This document shows, one piece after another, positions 36,658 to 44,398 of a DNA stretch of 64,000 nt (the first letter of the stretch is position 1; each line of letters starts with the position of its first letter). The translations under genes and the position numbers were made by a program. Where the stretch lies: the NCBI GenBank assembly GCA_035529395.1, contig DATKWT010000122.1, positions 1,496-65,495 of the forward strand. The letters run 5' to 3'. Origin of the DNA: Dehalococcoidales bacterium. GTDB lineage: Bacteria > Chloroflexota > Dehalococcoidia > Dehalococcoidales > Fen-1064. A model generated the notes under the pieces. That model was given only the letters and a program-made list of their open reading frames with translations. It did not search any database and had not been told where the DNA came from.

Positions 36658-37265
36658 ACCTCATTCCCTCAATGTGCAGCCAGCGTGTTACCCTGATACG
36701 CCTGTAAATTGTCGCCCAGAATTGCCCCGGCTTACCACATGACAAACCCACTCCGGGCAAGAACCAAACTACCACATACCAGGCATTTCTTCAACCTCCT
36801 TGTCACCAAAGAGCGTTATCGGTCGTCAGGTACGAATAATCAACAGCACACGAGCAGTCATAATATAATGAAAATTGCCAACCTCTGGAGCGGCGCGAGT
36901 CTTCCCTCCCGAAATGACACCTGACAGACGTCCTCAGGATTCTATTACCGACTGGCTGTCGGGTGCAATGTTGACCTGGTTCAGAGAAAATATCCATTTG
37001 GCTCTCGTTTGTTGCCTCTCTACGCCTTATAGCCAGTGTAGATTGTAAGATAGTATGAGTTTAGAGTCTGCCGGGATGACTGGTTTATTGCACGTTGGGA
37101 AAGTGAAACGTGGTAGCCAAAGTCGGGTCGGCGTGAAGCAATATGCAAGCGGCAACTGATGAATCGAGATGGGGAATGTTGGGTTGACATTTTCCCATAG
37201 CGCTTGCTTTTAGGGTTTTAATTGGCACCACTGCCGTATAATGAGCGAAGGACTGCAGCTTAGAC

Positions 37266-37955
37266 GTGTTCGGGTATGCAGTGAAATTTACGAGCCCGGC
37301 GCAGGTAACGGAGGATAACGTGAGAAGCGCCCTTGCCTATGAAAGCATCCGGCAGAAACACGGTGAACTGCTAGGGGCTATGGACGGAATCATCCATGCC
37401 ATGTCAGTGGTGGTGGAAACACGAGACCCATATACCGCCGGCCACCAGAAGCGGGTAGCCGTTATTGCCTGCGCCATCGGGAGAGTGATGGAGCTCTCCG
37501 AGTGGGATATAGAAGGCATACGTATTGCCGGACTGCTCCACGATATCGGCAAGCTGGCAGTACCCGCCGAGATCCTCACCAAGCCGGGCAAGATCAACAC
37601 CACCGAGTTGAGCATCATCAAGAGCCACTCACAGGTGAGCTACGACATCCTCGAACTGATAGAATTCCCCTGGCCGGTGAAACAGGCCGTTCTCCAGCAC
37701 CACGAAAGACTGGACGGTTCAGGCTATCCTGATGGCCTGTCCGGTGACGACATCATTATCGAGGCAAAGATATTGAGCGTGGCCGACGTCGTGGAGGCAA
37801 TCTCATCTCACCGGCCCTACCGTCCCGCTCTCGGTCTGGAGTACGCCATGAGAGAAATTATCAAGCAGCGCGGTATCCTCTTCGACCCGAGGGTGGTTGA
37901 TGCCTGCCTGAAGCTCTATGAAGAGAAGGACGCTGACCTGGAGCAGCTCCAATAA
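37266..37955 (+). CDS. stand-alone HD-GYP domain protein (probable c-di-GMP phosphodiesterase)
   Basis: HQKRV...LHDIGK...HHERLDGSGYPDGL. GTG start at 37266; the frame is closed by TGA at 37242. Confidence 0.8.
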   Translation: MFGYAVKFTSPAQVTEDNVRSALAYESIRQKHGELLGAMDGIIHAMSVVVETRDPYTAGHQKRVAVIACAIGRVMELSEWDIEGIRIAGLLHDIGKLAVPAEILTKPGKINTTELSIIKSHSQVSYDILELIEFPWPVKQAVLQHHERLDGSGYPDGLSGDDIIIEAKILSVADVVEAISSHRPYRPALGLEYAMREIIKQRGILFDPRVVDACLKLYEEKDADLEQLQ

Positions 37956-38176
37956 CCTACCACAGTTGGTAAACAGACTGCGGGAAAGCTGGCCTGAGAG
38001 ATACCAGAATTCGTGACCTGCAGCACAACCACCACCAATCCCTCCCTGGTAATAACCATCCCGCTCGGGTCTGCCTCCGGGACAACTCGCCCTATCTTGA
38101 TTACGTCTGGAGCAAGTTCTCCATCTTTTCCTCGGGGCTTTTTAGCTTCCTCTATTATGTCTGTGTTCTGAATCAC
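37916..38176 (-). CDS. small hypothetical protein
   Basis: A strong GAGGAGG RBS lies immediately upstream of tandem GTG codons. No recognisable family. The 3' end overlaps the convergent HD-GYP gene by 40 nt. Confidence 0.3.
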   Translation of the reverse strand: MIQNTDIIEEAKKPRGKDGELAPDVIKIGRVVPEADPSGMVITREGLVVVVLQVTNSGISQASFPAVCLPTVVGYWSCSRSASFSS

Positions 38177-38236
38177 CACAAGCCTCCTCGCGGTGTCCGT
38201 CAGAGGTTAGCGATTATTATTAGGGTGATAATAATA

Positions 38237-38265
38237 TTGACAACACCTCACAACAATTGTAAAAT
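38237..38265 (+). promoter_or_regulatory. sigma-70 promoter TTGACA-N17-TAAAAT upstream of the rpoN-like gene
   Basis: ttgaca at 38237-38242, a 17-nt spacer, then taaaat at 38260-38265. Confidence 0.6.
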
Positions 38266-38274
38266 AATTATACG

Positions 38275-39393
38275 ATGCCTGGCTTGAAAATAACACAAGT
38301 GCAATCCCAGCAAATGCGGCAGGAATTAAGACAGATCCTCCGCATAGAGCAGGCCAACCTGCTGCAAATGTCTGAGGGAGACTTTCATAAGATTCTCAAC
38401 GAGATAGAAAAGGCACCTCTTTTTATAAGGCTCTGTCAGAGAGATAAGATAATCCGACAACAGAAAATTCCCAGAACCGATATTTCGACCCGCTTTTTTC
38501 AGCCCAAAGATGAGTTAGTAGCCGATGGAGGTTCTCTTGATGCTGAGTCCCTGGTACAGAACAAGGAACAAATCGTTCGTCTGATAGAAAAGCTGGGAAT
38601 AGAAAAATTCAAGCGCTACTTCCTGTTTCCTGAATCAGGAATGACCCCGGAAGAGATTGCTGAGGAATGCAGTCTGAATATCTCGGAAGTCCAGGAGATT
38701 AACAGCCTTATCGATGACTTCTCTATACTAAGCGAGTTTTACCACCCTTCCGCTTTAAGCTCAAAGGTAATTCATTATTCAAAGATTGCCTCGATAGAGA
38801 GGCAGGGTGATAGCTTCATAATCGGGTACTACAATGCATCTTCTGCCCGAGGACGGTATTTGATTGATTATGAGAGCTTTGAAGAGTTGAAGACTAAAGG
38901 GGCTCTTACCAGGGATGAGGCCAGGGAAGCTAAGCAGCTATTCAAGAGGCTGGAACTAATCAATAGCCGCCAGGACACGGTAAATCAGATACTGCAAGGC
39001 ATTATTGATAAGCAGGCACTCTACCTGGACTGTGGTGCTCCGAACTCGCTCTTACCCTTCAGCCAGAAGGAACTGGCTGAAAAAATCGGTATTGCTCCCA
39101 GCTCTATTAGTCGCGCTATAAACAGTAGAAGCCTGGAAACACCCTGGGGTGCAGAGATTCCCCTCAAGGATTTTTTCCCCAGGCCGAAGAAGTTTAAAAA
39201 GGAATTAATCAGAAAGGTCCTTGAAACTGAGGAGGGGCTTTCTTCAGATGAGGCAATCAGGGCTAAGCTCCAGGAGAAATATGGTGTGGTTCTTTCTCGC
39301 CGCTCAGTGGCTAATCTGAGGAAAGAGTTGAAAGTCCCCGCCACCCGGAGCAAGAATAAGTATCTTCCCTATGAAAGCGAGGGGGTTAAATGA
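38275..39393 (+). CDS. rpoN: RNA polymerase sigma-54 factor, short divergent form (372 aa)
   Basis: Region I-like, Q/L-rich N-terminus (QSQQMRQELRQILRIEQANLLQM). HTH segment ELAEKIGIAPSSISRAINSRSLETPWGAEIPLKDFF. RpoN-box-like SRRSVANLRKEL. Confidence 0.75.
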   Translation: MPGLKITQVQSQQMRQELRQILRIEQANLLQMSEGDFHKILNEIEKAPLFIRLCQRDKIIRQQKIPRTDISTRFFQPKDELVADGGSLDAESLVQNKEQIVRLIEKLGIEKFKRYFLFPESGMTPEEIAEECSLNISEVQEINSLIDDFSILSEFYHPSALSSKVIHYSKIASIERQGDSFIIGYYNASSARGRYLIDYESFEELKTKGALTRDEAREAKQLFKRLELINSRQDTVNQILQGIIDKQALYLDCGAPNSLLPFSQKELAEKIGIAPSSISRAINSRSLETPWGAEIPLKDFFPRPKKFKKELIRKVLETEEGLSSDEAIRAKLQEKYGVVLSRRSVANLRKELKVPATRSKNKYLPYESEGVK

Positions 39394-41339
39394 GTATAGT
39401 TCATACCGACCGGGCAAAGTGCCAGGGTTGCTATGTATGTGTACGCAACTGTCCGGCCAAGGCAATCAAGATAAGAGACGGTCTGGCTGAGGTAGTAAGG
39501 GAACGTTGTATTGACTGCGGTCTCTGTATACGTGTCTGTGTCACGAATGCAAAGCAGGCGAAGAGCGACGTGGAAGAGGTCCGGCAATTATTAGCCCATC
39601 ATCCTGATGTGATAGCTGTGGTTTCATCCTCCTTCCCTGCTGCAATACTCGATTGTACACCCGGACAGCTTGTAACCTCTCTTAAAAAATTGGGATTTAC
39701 TGATGTGATGGAGGCAGCCTTCGGCGCTGAGCTCATTAGCAGGGAATACATCCGCATCATTAATGAAAGTGAAGGTAAACCTGTCATCTCGTCTAACTGC
39801 CCGGCGGTGGTATCCTACATCGAGAAGTACTACCCCTCAATACTCGGTAATTTAGCACCCATTGTTTCGCCCACTATTGCCATGGGTAGAATAATCAAAC
39901 AACGCTATAATGCGCAGGCTAAAGTGGTCTACATTGGTGCTTGTATCGCCAAAAAAACGGAAACCACAGATGATAATATTGACGGTGTGGTAGATGCCGT
40001 ACTGACCTTTATGGAATTAGAGCGTATGTTTGCTGACGGGGGAATTAACCCGGGCGGTGAGGAGGAACAGGAATTCTCCGGTCCCAAATCTAACCTTGGC
40101 CGGCTGTTCGCCATATCAGGGGGTCTGCTTAAGGTGATGGGGCTTAATGATGACATATTGAAAAATGATGTTATCAGTGTTCATGGCAGGGAGTATGTCC
40201 TCAAGATTCTTGGGGAGATTGCTCGAGGTGACATCACTGCCAGATTTGCCAACCTGTATTTTTGCCATGGGTGTATTGATGGACCATTTATTAATAATGA
40301 GCTCAGCGGTTTCAGCCGGAAGGGACTCATTGCCAGATATACCAGAAATAACGCAGACCCGATTCAAACCGAGAAAGATATCGAACAATATGCCGATATC
40401 GACCTCAGCCGTAAATTTAGCGGGCAAAATATCTATCTACCTACTCCCAGCGAGGAGGAAGTTCAGAATGTCCTGGAGGTGATGGATAGGGCAGACCCCA
40501 GTGTCCAGATGGATTGCGGCTCTTGTGGTTACGCCTCCTGTCGGGAGTTGGCTGTCGCCGTTTGCCAGGGTCTGGCAGAGGTTACTATGTGCTGGCCTTA
40601 TCTGCTGCAACAATTGGAGGGGACTCAGGAAGACCTTATCCAGGCGGAGAAGCTTACCTCTCTGGGTCAGATGGCAGCTTCTATTGCTCACGAGGTCAAT
40701 AATCCTCTCGCTGGTGTCCTTATCTATACCAAGTTGCTGGCTAAGAATATATCCGCTGAGAATATCGGTAAGGAAAAATCGCTGGACTACCTGAATAAAA
40801 TGGATACGGAACTCACGCGCAGTTCCAAGCTAATCCGTAATCTCCTGGATTTTGCGCGCCAGTCGGCGCCGACCCTCAGGCTGGTAGATATTAACCAGAT
40901 TATCGAGCAGACCTTTAGCGTCGCTGGTCACCAGGCTGATTTGCAGAATATTAAGGTGATAAGAGAACTGAGCCCTGACATACCTGAGGTTATGGCTGAT
41001 TTCGACCAGCTTCAGCAGGTTTTCACTAACCTTATCATGAACGCTATCCAGGCAATGCCAGAGGGAGGGGAATTAACCATTCGCACCTCGATAGGTAATA
41101 GCGGCCAGCTCAAGATGGAAGTTGAAGATACGGGTAGTGGTATTTCTCAGGAGAACATGCGTAAGCTCTATACCCCCTTCTTCACGACCAAAGAGAAAGG
41201 GAAAGGCGTAGGTCTGGGACTGGCTGTGGCCCATGGAATCATCCAGCGACATCACGGAAGGATTGAGGTACAAAGTAAGCAGGGAAAGGGAACCACCTTT
41301 ACTGTTTACATGGAGGCTAACCATGCAGGAAAAGGCTAA
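39390..41339 (+). CDS. sensor histidine kinase with N-terminal 2x[4Fe-4S] and an [FeFe]-hydrogenase H-cluster-like domain
   Basis: CQGCYVCVRNCP and CIDCGLCIRVC. H-domain-like motifs SSNCPAVV, GACIAKKTE and FCHGCIDGP. Cys motif CGSCGYASC...C. HisKA SIAHEVNNPL and HATPase N/G1/G2 boxes. Confidence 0.75.
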   Translation: MSIVHTDRAKCQGCYVCVRNCPAKAIKIRDGLAEVVRERCIDCGLCIRVCVTNAKQAKSDVEEVRQLLAHHPDVIAVVSSSFPAAILDCTPGQLVTSLKKLGFTDVMEAAFGAELISREYIRIINESEGKPVISSNCPAVVSYIEKYYPSILGNLAPIVSPTIAMGRIIKQRYNAQAKVVYIGACIAKKTETTDDNIDGVVDAVLTFMELERMFADGGINPGGEEEQEFSGPKSNLGRLFAISGGLLKVMGLNDDILKNDVISVHGREYVLKILGEIARGDITARFANLYFCHGCIDGPFINNELSGFSRKGLIARYTRNNADPIQTEKDIEQYADIDLSRKFSGQNIYLPTPSEEEVQNVLEVMDRADPSVQMDCGSCGYASCRELAVAVCQGLAEVTMCWPYLLQQLEGTQEDLIQAEKLTSLGQMAASIAHEVNNPLAGVLIYTKLLAKNISAENIGKEKSLDYLNKMDTELTRSSKLIRNLLDFARQSAPTLRLVDINQIIEQTFSVAGHQADLQNIKVIRELSPDIPEVMADFDQLQQVFTNLIMNAIQAMPEGGELTIRTSIGNSGQLKMEVEDTGSGISQENMRKLYTPFFTTKEKGKGVGLGLAVAHGIIQRHHGRIEVQSKQGKGTTFTVYMEANHAGKG

Positions 41340-42684
41340 AATCCTCGTTGTTGATGATGAGACTATTGTCCGCGAATCACTTAGTGACTGGCTAAACGAT
41401 ATCGATTATCGGGTATTCGCTGCAGAGAGTGGTTCTCAGGCCCTGGAAATCCTGGAAAAGGAAAGAATGAGCATTATCATTGCTGATTTAATGATGCCGG
41501 GGATGGACGGGATAGAGCTCATGAAGAGAGCCAAGGAAATCGTCCCTACTGTAGAGGTAATCATTATTACCGCTTTCGGGAGTATCCCCACTGCCATCAA
41601 TGCTATGAGGGAAGGTGCCTATGACTATGTCGAGAAGCCCTTCTGCCCGGAGAGGGTATCGCTGCTGGTTGAGAAACTGGTGGAGCATCAAGGGCTAATC
41701 GAGGAGAATATTTCCCTGAACAAGAAGCTGGAGCAGCGCTACGAGTTTGAGAATATCACTGCTAAAAGCCCCAAGATGCAACAGGTGATAGAGCTAATAA
41801 AAGTTGTAGCCCAGAGTAATGCCACTGTATTGATTACGGGTGAAAGCGGTACCGGCAAGGAGCTGGTGGCCCGTTCCATTCACTCTCAGAGCTATCGTCG
41901 GAAAAAGCCCTTTATCGCTGTCAATTGTGCCGCTTTACCTGAGAGTTTGCTGGAGAGTGAGCTGTTTGGGCATGAGAAGGGTTCCTTTACCGGGGCTTAT
42001 GCTCAGAAGAAGGGGAAATTTGAGGTGGCTAATAGAGGGACCCTTTTTCTGGATGAGGTTGGCGATATGAGTACCAACATTCAGGTCCACCTGCTCAGGG
42101 TACTGGAGGAGAAGGAGTTCACAAGGGTTGGTGGTAATGAGCTGGTCAAGACCGATGTCAGGGTTGTTACAGCAACCAATAGGGATATTAAGAAGGCGGT
42201 GACCAGTGGGGCATTCCGTGAAGACCTCTATTATCGATTAAACGTAGTCACTATTGAATTACCTCCATTAAGGGAAAGAAAAGAGGACATACCTCTCCTG
42301 GCCCAGCATTTTCTGGAGCAGTTTACCGTGGAGAACCAGAAGAAAACTATCGGGTTTTCCCCTGAGGCTACCGATTTTCTTTTGAAATACGAGTGGCCTG
42401 GCAATGTTCGGGAACTGGAGAATGCTGTTGAGAGGGCAGTCATACTAACAAAGAATTCCTATATCGAAGTGGGAGACCTGGCTCAGGACAATCCGATGTT
42501 AGTTCATTCCGCGCTGTCAGGAAAAAGCCTGAACGAGGTTGAGAAGAACCATATTCTGGATGTACTTACTAGAACTAACGGGAATAATAGCGAAGCTGCC
42601 AGAATCCTGGGGATTACCAGGATGACTCTGTATAATAAAATCAAGACATTTGGGCTGACTGTAAAGAAATTAGACAACGGCTGA
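41323..42684 (+). CDS. sigma-54-dependent response regulator (NtrC family: REC-AAA+-Fis HTH)
   Basis: ATG 41323 has a GGAGG RBS and overlaps the kinase gene by 17 nt. Walker A GESGTGKE, GSFTGA (GAFTGA variant), and a C-terminal HTH AARILGITRMTLYNK. Confidence 0.88.
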   Translation: MQEKAKILVVDDETIVRESLSDWLNDIDYRVFAAESGSQALEILEKERMSIIIADLMMPGMDGIELMKRAKEIVPTVEVIIITAFGSIPTAINAMREGAYDYVEKPFCPERVSLLVEKLVEHQGLIEENISLNKKLEQRYEFENITAKSPKMQQVIELIKVVAQSNATVLITGESGTGKELVARSIHSQSYRRKKPFIAVNCAALPESLLESELFGHEKGSFTGAYAQKKGKFEVANRGTLFLDEVGDMSTNIQVHLLRVLEEKEFTRVGGNELVKTDVRVVTATNRDIKKAVTSGAFREDLYYRLNVVTIELPPLRERKEDIPLLAQHFLEQFTVENQKKTIGFSPEATDFLLKYEWPGNVRELENAVERAVILTKNSYIEVGDLAQDNPMLVHSALSGKSLNEVEKNHILDVLTRTNGNNSEAARILGITRMTLYNKIKTFGLTVKKLDNG

Positions 42685-42728
42685 TTAATTCTTTTACATA
42701 TAGATAGTCTGCTTCAAGCAAAGAGTAA

Positions 42729-42762
42729 GGCTGTCCGGGATATCCTGGGCAGCCTTTTTATT
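42729..42762 (+). terminator. rho-independent terminator of the rpoN-HK-RR operon
   Basis: An 11-bp stem ggctgtccggg/cctgggcagcc (two G-U pairs) with loop atat, followed by TTTTTATTT. Confidence 0.75.
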
Positions 42763-42778
42763 TGGCAAGATAATTGCA
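42763..42778 (+). promoter_or_regulatory. sigma-54 (-24/-12) promoter TGGCAA-N5-TTGCA
   Basis: tggcaagataattgca has GG and GC at the canonical spacing. It lies 79 nt upstream of ATG 42857, immediately after the terminator. Confidence 0.7.
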
Positions 42779-42856
42779 CCTTATTAGTGTAGAGGTAGTG
42801 AAATGGTCGAGCCAGCAATCTTAAAGAGTCAAGTAATAAATGAAGGAGGTCGGAAC

Positions 42857-44128
42857 ATGAAACCCATACTGATTGTCGAAGACGAGGCTATTATGAGGGA
42901 GTCTCTGGAAGACTGGCTTAAGAATAGTGGCTATCAAGTGGAAACCGCAAAGGAAGGGGACGAAGCACTAAGAGTTCTCGGGGAACGGGACTTTGGTATC
43001 GCCGTCCTTGACCTGAAGTTGCCGGGTAAGGATGGACTTGAGGTGCTACGTGAGGCAAAAGAGAGAAATCCAAAGATTAAGGGAATCATCATTACCGCTT
43101 ATCCTTCAGTGGAGACAGCCGTAGAGGCAATGAAAATGGGGGCTATCGATTACCTGCCCAAGCCTTTTGACCTTAATGAACTGGAGGAGCTAATCAGTAA
43201 GACTCTGGGGCCGATCCAGGTTGAGATAAGACCCAAGGTAGCCGTTGAAGAAACTGTAGCTGAGCCGGTTGAATTAGAGATGGTTGAAGTTGAGGAGGTT
43301 GAGGTAGAGGAGGATATTACCATTGCTCAAGGGGAAGCCCCGGTTCACTTCAAGCAGGGCAAAGCTCATTTTGAGGCCGGTAGGTATGCCCAGGCACTCA
43401 GAGAATTTCAGGCTGTTCTGGAAATTACACCGGAGGATATCGAGAACAGGGTATGGGTCCAGAAGGCGAAAAAGGCGTTAGTTGAACCGCAGGGTGAAGC
43501 TGCAGTACAGGGAGCAGTGAAAACCAGGAATTGTGTCTGGGTGGGCATGGGGATGGTGTCACATCGTATCTGCACCAACAACTTTAATTGCGTAACCTGT
43601 GAGTTCGACCAGGAGATGCAGGACAAGCTGGCTCGTGGCGAAACTTCAGAGGCTGGGACTTCAGATGTTGATGCCGCCATGGAAAAGCTTCTGTCATTAC
43701 CCGGTAATAAGAGACTCTGCCGTTATGCTCTTAAGGGTGACGTCTCTTTCCGGCTATGCTCCCGTCTATACGCTTGTGATACCTGTGAATTCGGTCAGAT
43801 GATGGAAGATATCCAGCAGCAGAAGCTGGAACAAAAAGCAATTGCGCTGGCTGCCCGAAAAAAGGTACTGGTATCTTACTACATAGACCCGGAGAAGTGC
43901 CAGGGGTGCATGATTTGTCTCCGGAAATGCCCGGTGGAGGCTATCATCGGTGACAAAAAACTGGTCCATGTTATTGACCAGGAGAAATGCACCAAATGCG
44001 GGACATGCCTTGAAGTTTGCCCACCACGCTTTGGTGCCGTTACGATGTTATCTGGCGTGAAAGTGCCCGAAACCATTTCGGGTGGGCCCGAAACCGTTCC
44101 GGAGGGGACAGAAGCAGTACGCAGCTGA
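42857..44128 (+). CDS. response-regulator receiver fused to a TPR-like segment, two Cys4 motifs and a 2x[4Fe-4S] ferredoxin domain
   Basis: ATG 42857 has a GAAGGAGG RBS. REC (ILIVEDE...VLDLKLPGKDG). The motif C..C.....C..CEF.Q.M occurs twice. C-terminal CQGCMICLRKCP and CTKCGTCLEVCP. Confidence 0.75.
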   Translation: MKPILIVEDEAIMRESLEDWLKNSGYQVETAKEGDEALRVLGERDFGIAVLDLKLPGKDGLEVLREAKERNPKIKGIIITAYPSVETAVEAMKMGAIDYLPKPFDLNELEELISKTLGPIQVEIRPKVAVEETVAEPVELEMVEVEEVEVEEDITIAQGEAPVHFKQGKAHFEAGRYAQALREFQAVLEITPEDIENRVWVQKAKKALVEPQGEAAVQGAVKTRNCVWVGMGMVSHRICTNNFNCVTCEFDQEMQDKLARGETSEAGTSDVDAAMEKLLSLPGNKRLCRYALKGDVSFRLCSRLYACDTCEFGQMMEDIQQQKLEQKAIALAARKKVLVSYYIDPEKCQGCMICLRKCPVEAIIGDKKLVHVIDQEKCTKCGTCLEVCPPRFGAVTMLSGVKVPETISGGPETVPEGTEAVRS

Positions 44129-44168
44129 TTTGATGAAGAAATAAGGGAACAAGGCACCGATAGTAATC

Positions 44169-44205
44169 GAGGAGCAGGTCTCTGGCCTGCTCCTCCTCTA
44201 TTTAT
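44169..44205 (+). terminator. hairpin terminator candidate
   Basis: Perfect 10-bp stem gaggagcagg/cctgctcctc with a 7-nt loop. The downstream tract is T-poor (ctctatttat). Confidence 0.45.
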
Positions 44206-44219
44206 AATTACCGGGAGAC

Positions 44220-44300
44220 GATTGGCTTAACGTATTACGTGAGGCAATGAAAGAGGGCATTATCGATTACCTGCCCGAACCCTTTGCTCCGGGTAAGTTC
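44220..44300 (+). pseudogene. receiver-domain gene fragment (internally deleted copy related to 43031..43190)
   Basis: It encodes DWLNVLREAMKEGIIDYLPEPF with no upstream start. It shares the identical runs gaggcaatgaaa and atcgattacctgccc with the REC gene at 43124-43170. Confidence 0.6.
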
Positions 44301-44398
44301 AGGGAAGGCACACATTTGATGCCTGTCGTGGGGAGCATTGCCCGGCCGGTCTTTGTCCGGAGCGAAGTGGGCAGGGTTCTACCTCCTTGCTGGTGGCC

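Noticed and set aside
37222-37236. tggcaccactgccgt, resembling a sigma-54 -24 element upstream of the HD-GYP gene
   Set aside because: There is no GC dinucleotide at the required +10 spacing from the GG. The adjacent TATAAT box explains the region as a sigma-70 promoter.
36958-37240. Possible c-di-GMP riboswitch in front of the HD-GYP gene
   Set aside because: I could not find the conserved GEMM-I or GEMM-II core sequences or paired-helix architecture by eye. It is kept only as an unexplained non-coding gap in the findings.
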